A stretch of DNA of 63,548 nucleotides, filler included, from Octopus bimaculoides (GCF_001194135.2; 3 parts of 3 records of this genome joined end to end with filler, not necessarily neighbours in it), one strand, 5' to 3'; positions 11,399-23,549 are shown, counted from the whole stretch's first letter. Notes: generated by a model not told the origin, from the sequence alone. Numbers and translations are program-made.

Positions 11399-12430
11399 TA
11401 TATAGTATGTCCGTATTTTTGAATGCGGAATAAATTAACGAAATATAAGCAAATGAACGAAATAACACATATATAGAGCTGATAATTTAACGGTAAATGC
11501 TACAATAATTATTACAGAGAGACAAAGAATTTGATATTTTACCTTGCAACCTAGCACTGCTGCGATAATTATTGACTGGTATTGTTTTACTGGAAACAAA
11601 AATAAAATTTCGTATTCACACTGGCCAACCCGTGCTTCACACATGTCATTCGTCCACTGAGTATCTAACACAAGCAACACACAGCAAGGAGAGAGAGACA
11701 AAAATAAAATAACACGAGTTAATTTTTTTTCTAAAAACATTCAATGACGTTAACTGGAGTGTTGGGGTTCGAGTAGACGTCATTCCACCTTTTTCATTTA
11801 TCATTACCATTCTTTTCATTCCATCTTATTTTTTCCCCACTTTTGTGTTTTGTCTGACTTTGTGCTGTCCCCTCTGTGTTTAGACCCTGTGTGGCTAATA
11901 AAAAAAAAATCAAGTCGTATGCGTAGATGTGTGTGCGTGTGCGTGTGCGTGCGTTAACACTTGCCAGCCCGCATTTCACGCATGTCAGTCGGCAGGTATG
12001 CGCATGTATGTGTTTAATAATGTACCGTATATAGTATGTCTGTATTTTTGTATGCAGTGTAAATTAACGAGAAGCACGTGTACAGAGAGACAAAGAATTT
12101 GATATTTTACCTCCCAGTCTTGCAACTGCTGCGATAATTATTGACTGGTATTGGAACAGTAAATGTGCATTGTTTTAAAGGAAATGAAAATAACATTTCG
12201 TATTGACACTTCACGCATGTTAGTCGTCAGGTACGAATGTGTAGATGTGTGTGTGTGTGTGCGTGTGCGTTTAACAACGTACCATATATAGTAGGTCTGT
12301 ACTTTTGAATGCAGCGTAAATTAATCCAAAAAAATTATACATGTTGACACATTTTACCATGTAAAATTTGATTTGCTTTGGTTGAGCCGTTCGAGAATAC
12401 ATTGGGAATAGACAGAGATACAAAGAATTT
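11399..12430. repeat. Degenerate tandem duplication, 2-3 units
   Basis: Blocks tatagtatgtc.gtatttttg.atgc, acagagagacaaagaattt and gcactgctgcgataattattgactggtattg recur near 11400, 12030 and 12285-12420. Confidence 0.75.
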
Positions 12431-12440
12431 TATATACGTA

Positions 12441-12677
12441 CTAGTGTTATAACCCGATTTCATTCGAGTCTACTCTGGCCACATTTTAAAGATGAGGAAT
12501 TTTGCCCTAGAGGCCACGCCTTTCAATTAAGCAAACTCAAAGATGTCATGCAAACTCCCCAGCACTTTTAACATAGGTGTGCAAATTTCCAGGTCAATCC
12601 GACCACATTTACTAACACTTTTGCATGCACAACTACTTGTGTGACAACATCCGCCCTTTTCACAAATATATAGTAGA
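12441..12677 (-). mobile_element. Complete 237-bp non-autonomous Helitron
   Basis: Minus strand: A|TCTACTATATATTTG at the 5' end, an imperfect subterminal hairpin (12452-12469) and CTAG|T at the 3' end. Inserted in AT with no TSD. Confidence 0.8.
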
Positions 12678-12786
12678 TAGTTTATTATTTAAATTGTCTT
12701 AAATAACACCCGAACGCAATACACAATATCATTACGTCATATACTCATGTATTAATTTTGTATAATACTCGTATGTATTCTTTATA

Positions 12787-13252
12787 ATGGATGTCTTCTT
12801 AGCACACCGAATATTGCCTTGAGAGACTCTCTTATATAGGCGCTTGGTGAATAAAAGCACACACATAGATCATAGAAGATGAGAATCGTCTTTCATGGGC
12901 ACCGGAATTCCCATATCACGTTATTTCATTCTACTGGAAATCATCAGTGGGAGGCGTCCGATCACTGCATGCCAGTAAAATCTCGTTGTTACTATATATA
13001 GAATATCAGCATCTTACCAGACGCAGACGTCGCGAATAACAAACAGGGTTATTGGCGGCGGAAGTAGTATTAGTACCAAAAAGTAATCTTTGTATCCAAC
13101 TTGACATGGATATCTTATTAGAACACCAAATACTGCGTTATTAGCCTTAAAAGATCCACCCATACATGCGCTTGGTGCATAAAAGCACAGACATAGACCA
13201 TAGTAGACGAGAATCGTCAACTCAGTGTTCGGTGTTCTAAGAGGACAACCAT
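12787..13252. mobile_element. Putative MITE-like element with about 30-bp imperfect TIRs and an internal direct repeat
   Basis: 12787-12816 atggatgtcttcttagcacaccgaatattg is inverted at 13223-13252. 12787-12890 is directly repeated at about 13106-13218. Confidence 0.55.
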
Positions 13253-13446
13253 GTTAAGTTGAAAATAAGGATTATCTTTTGGAATTAATACTGCTCTCAT
13301 CTCTAATAATTAACACGTATGTCATCTTGACCTTAATTCATTATAGATTGTCCTTATGCTTTCTAATGCATGTGAATGTTTATATACACACATGTATGTA
13401 TGTATGTATGTATGTATGTATAATTATAGATTGCCCTAATGTGTAA

Positions 13447-13630
13447 GGCGGCGAGCTGGCAGAAACGTTAGCACGCCTAGCGAAATGCTTAGCGGTATTT
13501 CATCTGTCTTTACGATCTGGGTTCAAATTCCGCCGAGGTCAACTTTGCCTTTCATCCCTTCAGGGTCGATAAATTAAGTACCAGTTACGTACTGGGGTCG
13601 ATTTAATCGACTGGTTCTCTCCCCCCAAAA
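13447..13630 (+). mobile_element. Type A SINE, near full length
   Basis: GGCGGCGAGCTGGCAGAAACGTTAGCACGCC...GGTTCAAATTCCGCCGAGG...GTCGATAAATTAAGTACCAG. Confidence 0.9.
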
Positions 13631-13699
13631 AGGCCGTTCTAAGCTGAAACTTAAAGACAAAACGAGGAAAATTCACCTAATCCATCAGCTACCCTAACA

Positions 13700-13826
13700 A
13701 TAGAAACGTTAGCACGCCGGGCGAAATGCTTAGTGGCATTTCGTCTGTCTCTATGTTCTGAGTTCAAATTCCGCCGAGGTCGATTTTGCCTTTCATCCTT
13801 TTGGGGTCGATAAATCAAGTACCATT
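13700..13826 (+). mobile_element. Type A SINE, truncated
   Basis: Same head and central domain as 13447-13630. Confidence 0.88.
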
Positions 13827-14886
13827 TACGGACTATGATTATAGATTGTCCTTATGTTTTTTTTATGTATGCGTATGTTTACACACGCACACACACATAT
13901 ATGTATGTATGTATGTGTATGTATGATGTATATTTTTTATATATGATTGCATGACAGTTTATATGCTCCTTTGTATGTATTTTTTATATCCGTGTGAATG
14001 AGTGTGTATGTGTATGTATTATGTATGTATGTATGTATGTATGTATGTATGAATGCTCTCGTGCATGGATGATTTAATGATACTCTTATGTAATACCCTT
14101 ATGTCCTGCTCCTACATAATACACAAAGACCGTCGTGTATCGCCTTGATATATTAGCTTGTACAATTCTTTTATATAAATAGTCGTAACGCAATGCATTT
14201 ATATTATGCTCCAATGACAATGTTCTTTGTACACTGCCCTATTTAATGTTCATATTCACAGCACTTACGTATTCGTTTGATGCGTCATTAGTTTGCATTG
14301 TACATGCGTCGTTCATTACGAAACGCTCCAACATTACCTCTTTTATGTAGCGCTCTTATCTCATAAACCATCTTATGTAATCACCTTATCTAGCGATTTT
14401 ACGCAACGTTCTTGGTAATATTCTTATATAATGATCTTACGTATGTCTTATTGATCACCTTTATTTGATCTCCTTATCTAATCTCTTATCTTAGGCGCTT
14501 ATCTTATGCCCTTATATAATAATTTTATGTACTGGAAGTGTGCAATGTGCTTACTGTAATACCTGTATGTATATATGCATGCCTGTATGTAGGCATGTAT
14601 GTAGGCATGTATGTATGCATACATGTATATATGTATATCTATGTGCAGGCATGCATGTATGCATGTATGTATTTATGTATGGTTATCAGAAATTCGATAA
14701 CCATATACTTGCTCTTGTTAATCAAGTAAATCTAATCTGTTTATAATCTGGTTGGCGGTCCCGAAAAGCTTACTTGGTTAGGTGGCGGAGGAATAACTTC
14801 TGGATATCTGGGGGAATTAAAAACAAAAACTGTAAACAACGCATTATTTCATTTTGCTCCAGCCTGGTCAGCTGAAAATACAAACA

Positions 14887-14910
14887 GCTCTCTCCCTCTC
14901 TCTCTCTCCC

Positions 14911-14976
<66 letters not shown>

Positions 14977-15000
14977 TCTCTGTTTCTCTCTCTCCCTCCC
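14887..15000. repeat. (CT)n microsatellite
   Basis: Direct read. Confidence 0.95.
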
Positions 15001-15595
15001 TCCGTCTGTTACATCCTAGATGTGCCACTGAGTCAAAGAGTGGGAGAGTCAAGAGGATACCCTCTCTATGTCTATTCCTGACTGCACAGGTACCAAAAAT
15101 AATTAGCGAAAGCATGGTACACATTATCAAGCCTTATACTCGTACGTGGGTGACAGATGGCTCTTATCGAGTAACGCTAATGAGTGACGCTTTAATATGA
15201 TATTGATATCTAACAATTTTACATTATGGTCTTATTCAATGCAGATGCATAACGATCATATGTGACGGTTCATTAAGCTATTAAAATTCCTCACCAAACA
15301 GCTTTTCGTTTGAATCAACTGGATAATTGTGCATGAATGCATGCATGTGATGTATATGATGTATATACGCATGTTTGCACGCCAGAAAATCATTCTTTTG
15401 ACTCTATTCTGAAGTAGTATACTGATTATTTTTATCTTTACGATGTACTTAACGAATGTATATCGTTGAAAAGTTGGGGCTAATGCAGTTTCGTATCTCT
15501 CCTTGAAAAATGCATCTTTTTGAAAAAACGTTTTTCGGATTCCTACGTTTTAGATGTCGGAGATTACGAATATGCAAAAAAAATAAATAAATACT

Positions 15596-15961
15596 AATCT
15601 TGAGAAATTAGGCTTCTCAAAACCAGAAAGGAGAAAGCTAATTCGAAGACTACAGGTCCAAGCCGTCACTGGAACTGTAAAAGTTCGTAAAACTTTCCAG
15701 AAGTTTATCATTTAAGTATATATGAGCATGTTTAGATATGCAAATATATGCATGAGAATATATACATAAAACAAAACATACAAACCTGCACATACATGCA
15801 TACATACATGCATGCATACATACATACATACAAACATATATACATACATACATACATACCCTGTTGTTGATGTTGAAATTCCAATGAAGGAGCCTCGGAT
15901 CTAGGTTAGAAACCGGTTCTTTCTCTATTGACAAGAAATCTTGAAATAAAACTAAATAATG

Positions 15962-15965
<4 letters not shown>
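15596..15965 (+). mobile_element. 3' end of a non-LTR retrotransposon, probably RLE type, with (TACA)n in its 3' UTR
   Basis: Translates NLEKLGFSKPERRKLIRRLQVQAVTGTVKVRKTFQKFII*, then UTR, (TACA)n and a conserved tail. A near-identical layout occurs at 23790-24135. The clade assignment is from recall of RLE C-termini. Confidence 0.65.
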
Positions 15966-15994
<29 letters not shown>

Positions 15995-16014
15995 CATATA
16001 TACATACATACATA

Positions 16015-16135
16015 CATCGAACTTCTTTCTGTTTCCGTCTACCAAACCCCACAAGGCTTTATTCGGCCCGGGGTTAAACTAGAAGGTACTTGCACAAGGT
16101 GCCACGAAGTAGAACTTATCCCAGAACCCAGGAAA
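16015..16135 (-). mobile_element. Decayed type B SINE, 5' part
   Basis: tttccgtctaccaaa...caaggtgccacg. Confidence 0.7.
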
Positions 16136-16239
16136 CTCAGGATTAACTCAGATTGTCAAAGATCCTGATTATGGATTAAGTAACTTTACTGTGGCAAAAA
16201 GCATCTAACATTCACGAGCGAGTAACAGAATCGAACATT

Positions 16240-16500
16240 TTCTTGCAATCCGGTCTTTCTATATCGTTGCACTTCTGACAGCGCAATTTCGTTGATCCGA
16301 AGTCACTGAATAATTTACGAAACTCCTTTCTTTCCGGCTGTGTGTTCTTCTGTAATAATGTCGTTGATATCAAAGTAAAATCGGGAGAGTAGTTTCAGGC
16401 AGGCGATATCAGTCTATAAATTAGATTCTGATCTACAATTAGCCAGTAATTCTTCGTCACTGATTAGCTGCGTTCTAGGGTATAATAACTTTGTTTCACC
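16240..16500 (-). pseudogene. Highly decayed mariner transposase C-terminus
   Basis: Minus frame reads PA*NYSPDFTLIS...GSTKLRCQKC, resembling PxYSPDLAP and the I.KL..RW.KC end of mariner transposases. Confidence 0.45.
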
Positions 16501-17230
16501 TAATACGAGCTAACTTGTTATATTGATTTTTTTTTCCGACGAGAATATGTTGCTGTAGATTGATAATGATGTCGCTGATCGAAACTACTGAGAACAATTA
16601 AGACATTTAAATCTCTTCCCAATGTTCCGTTAAACACAGTCCGAAGAATAACGATATCTATATTTTGGACATGATTTTTTTTTTTTTTTTTTTTGCCTCA
16701 TTGCTTTTTGGATAACCTCCGTCTCACTTCAAACTTTCCTCTGCAATGAATCGACCGCATCTCTAAAATTGTCTCCTGTACAACGTTTACTCATCTCTCC
16801 CAACACTATTTAATTTCGACTGAATTTCTTGTTAGTTTTTCCGGTTGGGGTCTTTTTNNNNNNNNNNNNNNNNNNNNNNNNNNNNNNNNNNNNNNNNNNN
16901 NNNNNNNNNNNNNNNNNNNNNNNNNNNNNNNNNNNNNNNNNNNNNNNNNNNNNNNNNNNNNNNNNNNNNNNNNNNNNNNNNNNNNNNNNNNNNNNNNNNN
17001 NNNNNNNNNNNNNNNNNNNNNNNNNNNNNNNNNNNNNNNNNNNNNNNNNNNNNNNNNNNNNNNNNNNNNNNNNNNNNNNNNNNNNNNNNNNNNNNNNNNN
17101 NNNNNNNNNNNNNNNNNNNNNNNNNNNNNNNNNNNNNNNNNNNNNNNNNNNNNNNNNNNNNNNNNNNNNNNNNNNNNNNNNNNNNNNNNNNNNNNNNNNN
17201 NNNNNNNNNNNNNNNNNNNNNNNNNNNNNN

Positions 17231-17490
17231 GGGGATGGTGGTGAACCCTGCTGTACTCTTTCACCACAACTTTCTCTCACTCTTACTTCCTGTTTCTGTT
17301 GTGCCTATAATTCAAAGGGTCAGCCTTGTCACACTGTGTCACGCTGAATATCCCCGAGAACTTCGTTAAGGGTACACGTGTCTGTGGAGTGCTCAGCCAC
17401 TTGCACGTTAATTTCACGAGCAGGTTGTTCCGTTGATCGGATCAACTGAAACCCTCGACGTCGTAAGCGACGGAGTGCCAACAACAACAA
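17231..17490 (+). mobile_element. SINE body and tail ending in (ACA)n; head lost in the gap
   Basis: gagtgctcagccacttgcacgttaatttcacgagcagg...cgacggagtgccaacaacaacaa. An inverted copy lies at 54490-54597. The body start resembles the type D body. Confidence 0.7.
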
Positions 17491-17499
17491 AATTTTCTT

Positions 17500-17700
17500 A
17501 CTAGGCGGCGTGCTGGCAGAATCGTTAGCACTGCGTAGAAAAGTACTTGGCGAAAGTTTTTCTTGCTATTTACATTCTGAGCTCAAATCACACCGAGGTC
17601 AACTTTGCCTTTCATCCTTTTGAGGTTCATAAAATAAAGAACCAATCAAGTACTGGAGTTGGTGTAGTCAACTTGTCCCCTCTCTTCAAAACTACTGGCC
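17500..17700 (+). mobile_element. Type A SINE, diverged
   Basis: ggcggcgtgctggcagaatcgttagca...ccgaggtcaactttgcctttcatcc. Confidence 0.8.
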
Positions 17701-18021
17701 TTAAACCCAGCAACTGACCGGCGTACCGTTGAGGGGAATGTTGTACTCTCGGCCACTTATACGCTGTGGAAACCGAGTAACCAGTCGTATGGGACCCAAA
17801 ACGCAAAAGAAATATTCCCTAATATTAGTGCAGCGGTACATAAACACAACCAAAACATAATGAGGTTGTAAGACTAAAAAAGGAGCTTGGTGATTCCCTG
17901 GGGATCATAAGCTATATCGTGATGCTCTCAGTTTTTGGTGTTGCTATCATTTTGCGTTAGCTATTGTCGTTCTTTCCAGCCATATTAATTGGTGGGGCAC
18001 AAACACAGACACAAACGCACG

Positions 18022-18054
<33 letters not shown>

Positions 18055-18082
18055 TTATATATATATACACAAACGCACGCAC

Positions 18083-18119
<37 letters not shown>

Positions 18120-18121
<2 letters not shown>

Positions 18122-18288
18122 TCATATACGACGGACTTCCAGTTTCCGTCGACTAAATCCACTGAAAAAGTTTTGGTCGGCCCGAGGCTATAGTAGAAGA
18201 CACTTGCTCAAGGTGTCACGTAGTGGAACTGAACCCAGGACCATGCTGTTTGGAAGTAAACTTCTTACCACACAGCCACGCCTGCACC
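18120..18288 (-). mobile_element. Type B SINE, 5' half
   Basis: cgacggacttccagtttccgtc...gcccgaggctatagtagaagacacttgctcaagg...cttaccacacagccacgcctg. Confidence 0.88.
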
Positions 18289-18874
18289 AGTAATATTTTA
18301 CATTTATGAAGTGGGAAATAAGATAGTGTTGGTTCTTTGCTAACTTTCTTCAAGGCATTAACAACATCGGTGAAGTGAAATGATCACAACCGGTAATCGA
18401 AACCAGATCGCTGATATCCTAAGCCACCACCCACTCAGTTTTACGTATCACTGTTGCTAAAGGGTTTCTGCTAAAGCTTTTACATCCGTTTCACGATTTT
18501 CATAAAGACAGCCATGGTAATCAGAGAGAGAAGAGTTGTATCGATTTATCGATTTTTCGCCATAGTTTGGTTTTCTGCCGTCGATTACCTTGTAAAGAGT
18601 GAAAAGATGCAATTAATTGAAATATCGTAACCTTTTATTAATTATCGGATAATGTTTGTAGTTGTTGTTGTTGTTGTTAATGGTAGAAGAGTTTGCTTTT
18701 GTGGCAATGGCGGTTCGGCGGCGATGGGGGGGTGCGATAGAAGAGACGTTGATTCAGAGGTGGAGTCGATGGTCGTGATGCATCGATAACAGTAGGAGGG
18801 GGGGTGATCGGCGTCGATGTTGCTGCGGCTGCAATATTGTCAGGTTGATTATGTTGCCAGCACTATTGCTGTTC

Positions 18875-18923
<49 letters not shown>

Positions 18924-18966
18924 TGTAGTGGTGGTGGTGGTGGTGGTGGTGGTGGTGGTGGTGGTG
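18875..18966. repeat. (GTA)n then (GTG)n microsatellite
   Basis: Direct read. Confidence 0.95.
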
Positions 18967-19686
18967 GCGAATGGATTAGTCTTGGTAATAATGATGATGG
19001 TAGGAAGAATGCGATGTGTAGAGTTACATATGGAGTCACAAGTACTGCAGTCTTTCTTCTTTGTCTCGTCCCGTACATTATATATTTGCGTTTGCAATAT
19101 TTCATTTTCATAGAATTAAAATAGGTTTATTAACACAAATCACCAATAATCTCAAAACAATATTATTGTTGCAATTACTATTGCTATTATTCCCGTCGTC
19201 GTTGTTTTAGTTTCGTTGTCACTCTTTCTCTCACCGGCTTCCATCCATCTTCCATCTTTATTTTTAAAATTGATGAAATTCATGTATGCGCTCAGGGACG
19301 ACTCTTTTCATTCAATGTAACTTTACGCTATAGACGATGAACTGGCAGAGTCGTTAAAGCATCTGATTACGTCCTCGTGGTATTTTTTCTTACACTATGT
19401 ACCAGTTCAAATCCCGCCGAGGTCAATGTTGCTTTTTATTCTTTCGGTGTGAGTGATAAAATAAAGTACCGATCCAGGGTGACGGATTGGTGGAACTGTC
19501 AGAACGCCGGACAGAGTGTCTCATGCTATTTAGATGCGGATCATTGCGCTCCATGTTCCAGTCTCGTCATGGTCTGCATAAGGATAGACAATACGTCATC
19601 CGCTTTTATACCTTTTCCGGGTAGTATGAGTACCTTTAACGAACCCTACTCTGTTGCAAGCATTCAAGTTAAGTTACTGGTTAGAG

Positions 19687-20358
19687 CAGTGGTTCTCAAC
19701 CATTTTTGCCTGTGGACCCCTTTGAGTGGAACCCTACAGCCATTTGATATTTGAAATAGCCATTTGATATTTGAAATATCCTGCTATATTTTTATAGTTA
19801 AATATTAGGAATTTTATTTTTTTTAAATTATTTAAATATTTTGAGTATTGTGGAGATATAACTGATTTATTTACTCTTTTTTACTCTCTTTTATTTGTTT
19901 CAGTCATTTGACTGTGGCCATGCTGGAGCACTGCCTTTAATCGAGCAAATCGACCCCAGGACTTATTCTTTGGAAGCCTAGTACTTATTCTATCGATCTC
20001 TTTTGCCGAACCGCTAAGTTACGGGGACGTAAACACCCCAGCATCGGTTGTCAAGCGATGTTGGGGAGACAAACACAGACACACAAACATATACACACAC
20101 ACACACACACATATATACATATATACGATGGGCTTCTTTCAGTTTCCGTCTACCAAATCTACTCCTAAGGCTTTGGTCGGCCCGAGGCTATAGTAGAAGA
20201 CACCTGCCCAAGGTGCCACGCAGTGGGAATGAACCCGGAACCATGTGGCTGGTAAGCAAACTACTTACCACACTCATGTGCCTATTGCACATAATTTTTA
20301 ACAACTAAATCCTTTATGGATTTCCAAGGGTCATATGGAGCCTGGTCGAGAACTAGTT
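19687..20358. mobile_element. hAT-type MITE with degenerate 8-bp TSD, interrupted by a SINE
   Basis: Left TIR CAGTGGTTCTCAACC; decayed right TIR ggtcgagaactagtt. Flanks ggttagag and ggtgagac match at 6 of 8 positions. Confidence 0.6.
19870..20282 (-). mobile_element. Full-length type B SINE with internal (CA)/(TA) microsatellite
   Basis: Head, CORE-like block, microsatellite, 3' body and actctttt tail are all present. Confidence 0.9.
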
Positions 20359-22469
20359 GGTGAGACGGTACCACTCCCTCCTTTCCATCAAACTCAGAAA
20401 CTCTTTAAAGGGTCATAGGTACCGCCTACTGTCTCTACTAAAAGACAAGCAAAAAATATCAGAGTTGGTTAAATGTCTTCGTTTTTTATCACTTACTTGT
20501 CTCGGTCAATTGGAACGCGACCATGCTGAGGCGAGGCTTTGAAGATTTTAGTAGAACAAATTAATTGCAGTACTTATATTATGTAAGTGGTACTTATTTT
20601 ATCGATCTCTTTTGCTGGATTGCAATATTACGAGGACGTAAACAAACCAAAGCCCTTTGTAATATAATGAGGATGACAAATACAGAGAGAAAAATTTTGC
20701 ATAAGTTTACTAGATTGTTTAATGATCTAATAATATTTCGGGAAATATTCCCCTTTTCAAATTTAAGAGTGAAAATAATCAAAGTTTGAAGAAATATGCT
20801 GTTATTGGCAGACCTGAAACTCTCGACAATTTATTAACCCATCTATTTGAATTTTCCATTTAGGTGGTTTAAAATAACAGTCAATAAAATTTGTTGTTTT
20901 GCTTTGTTTTTTGTTTTTTTACATTAGACAAACTTAGAAGAATTTACAATACCATATCCCTTAAGCGAATTTCAGAATTTTCCATTAAAATAAGCAAATA
21001 TAAAGAATTTCATTATTTAGCAGATTTATCACATAAATAGGTTTATTTTGCCGCAAAACTTATTCAAAAATTCCTGTCATGCAAATAATTATGTAATTAT
21101 GTTCAGTATTATCTACATGCATCACGATTATTGAATAAACCTGAGGGTATTCACAAATATCTAATAGACGAATTTTTATTTCTTTCTAGCCCATTGTTTT
21201 TCTTAATTATATACATCTTAAACAACGTTCAAACCATTCTGATTATACGTAAAAAAAAAAACAGAACATCTGCTGTTACTGATCAGAAAATCGATTGGTA
21301 TACACTGATATCGGTCAGTCCTACTTTCAACTATTTATAATTTACATTACGAATGCTTTGAGGGAGAAAACTTAAACATCACACTGTCATATTTATCTTT
21401 TTCCCCGTCTTTGTTGTATGACAACATTGCCTACAACCACAATCGTCAATCACGGTGGTTGTTATAATAAAGAAATGAGTTCTCTGTATGCTTAAAAGTC
21501 GCACGATCTGATAGAAATCGCAACAAGATTTTTCTCAAATCAAACCTCAATGTATTACACAATGAAAGGCTATATTAGATACTGAATAGTCGTGTATATC
21601 CTTGAATGGTTGCGGTTGTAGTGCATTTGATAATAGGAATTCTCGATCAAAATTGGCTTGGGATGAAAAATAACAACTGTCTTTCGGTTTTTGATCGAAA
21701 CCAATTTATAGGATGTCATGAAAGTTGAGACTAAACTAGATGACGGATTAAACCTACCGCCTAAATTAATCCGTGGTGCGATTCGAACTCAGAACGCAAA
21801 GAGCTAGGACAAATACTGTAGGATCCCCAATTTTTTATCGCCCCCGAAAGGGAGGAGGGTAACGCTGACCTCGGTAAGATTTGAACTCAGACTGCAGTGT
21901 CTGAACAAATAGTGTGAGGTATTCTATACAGCACTGCAACCACTCTACCAATTCACCGCCTTGCTGTTCGGTTTTTGCTTTCTTTCACCAACTAAGAGGC
22001 AAATTTCCGTTCATTACGATCTTTTTTTTCTAAATATACCACTCAGAACATCAACTATCTTAATTCGCTTACAACTATTCATTTTGTTTGTAAACATTCT
22101 TCAGACTTAAACCCTATGGTTGCCATCTCCTTGAACGGTGAAGAAACTCGACAGAAACTCGACACAATTACAATTTTTAAAAAGTGTGGCTAATATTATT
22201 TGTTCTTTGACATTAATGTTGATGATGATGTTTTTCTCTTCACATTTCTCTCGTTATCGATTATTAAATTTCTTTTCTGACCAAATAAAAAGAAATACTG
22301 GAGGCAAGAGCGAAAAGATTATTTATTTTCTAAATATTAAAAGAGGAAACATATAACAATGATGCTCTGCTCATCTTCCATCTTAAGTGTTATTAAACTG
22401 ATCTCAATAATTGGATTCCGTCGGAAACATTCTGTTCTCACAAAGAAGACTCAACAACATATATCACTG

Positions 22470-23070
22470 CTCTATTATACCGCCAGAATCGGTAGAGCGT
22501 CGAACAAAATGCTTTATGTTATTTGCTCCAGTTCTTTACGTTCTGATTCGTTATTCAACCAGCGTCAACTTTGCTTTTCATCCTTTCGGAGTTGATAAAA
22601 TAAATTACCGGTCAAGCACTAAGGTCAGTGGTATCCACTAATGCCCTCCCCTCAAATTTACTGGCCTTCTGTCTCAATCAGGATTATTTTATCGTTAGAG
22701 TCGTTAGCGCATCGGACTAATAATATCTTATGCTCCTTTTACGATTACGAGTGGAGAATGATTAAGGGTGGAGAATTGATAGACTTATCAGAGTGTCAGA
22801 CAAATGCCTTGTGGTATTTAGTTACGCTCCTTTACATTACCTTGTAGTCAATGTTGCACTTCATCTTTCAACTGTAGATAAGATAAAGTACCAGTCAAGT
22901 ACTGGGTTCGATTTAAACGACTTAATCGTCCTCCAAAATGTCTGTCCTTGCGCCTGTCCTAGAAACGATTAAGGGTGGAGTATTGACTCAATTTTTAGAG
23001 CGTCGGAGAAACATCATACGATATTTCTTCCGACTCTTTACGCCATGAGTTCAAATCCTGCCAGGGTCAA
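22470..23070 (+). repeat. Tandem decayed type A SINE fragments
   Basis: Three SINE-like segments; the linker gattaagggtggag(a/t)attga recurs near 22760 and 22967. Confidence 0.55.
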
Positions 23071-23077
23071 TTTCTCT

Positions 23078-23549
23078 CCATTCTCTCAATAGCAATGTTC
23101 CACCTTCGAATGAGAGCATGTATCCCTGCCCCGTAAATTTCTGTTGACTGTTCTTTGAGCCACTTCTTCACTACAGTTTTCACTTCCTCGTCACTGGACT
23201 ATCATCGTCATTGGACTATCATCGTCACTGGACTATCATCGTCACTGGACTATCATCTCTTCGGTCCCGTGAAAGAGAGTTTAAGAGGCAAACATTATTT
23301 CAGTGACGAGGAAGTGAAGAACTGTAGCGAAGAAGTGACTCAGAGAACAGTCAACAGAATTTTACGGGGCAGGGATACATGCTCTCATTCGAAGCTGGAA
23401 CATTGCTATTGAGAGAAATGGTGACTCTGTTGAGAAGTAGGGATGGGATCCACAGAGGACCAGCTTCATTTTGAAGTATGATACATGTTCCTGTGTTGGT
23501 AACTATACCTGTCCCAAACAGAATGGCATTACTTTTTGACTCACCCTCA
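23078..23549 (+). mobile_element. mariner 3' remnant with foldback inverted duplication
   Basis: Frameshifted DYHLFGPVKESLRGKHYFSDEEVK...IHALIRSWNIAIERNGDSVEK*. TIR ctttttgactcaccctc then TA at 23550-23551. 23078-23196 is the reverse complement of 23301-23421. Confidence 0.9.
23188..23255. repeat. 4 x 17-bp tandem repeat TCGTCACTGGACTATCA
   Basis: Units start at 23188, 23205, 23222 and 23239; one substitution in unit 2. Confidence 0.95.

Noticed and set aside
12190-12232. Minus-strand CTGACGA...GAAA hammerhead-like spacing
   Set aside because: No convincing stem II or stem III, and the duplicated units have CTGCCGA and TGGACGA instead.
14330-14520. CTTAT-rich cryptic low-complexity tract
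   Set aside because: It has no fixed period or structure and looks like decayed simple repeat.
23188-23255. Regular short repeats resembling a CRISPR array
   Set aside because: Units are contiguous with no spacers, derive from the mariner junction, and the DNA is eukaryotic.
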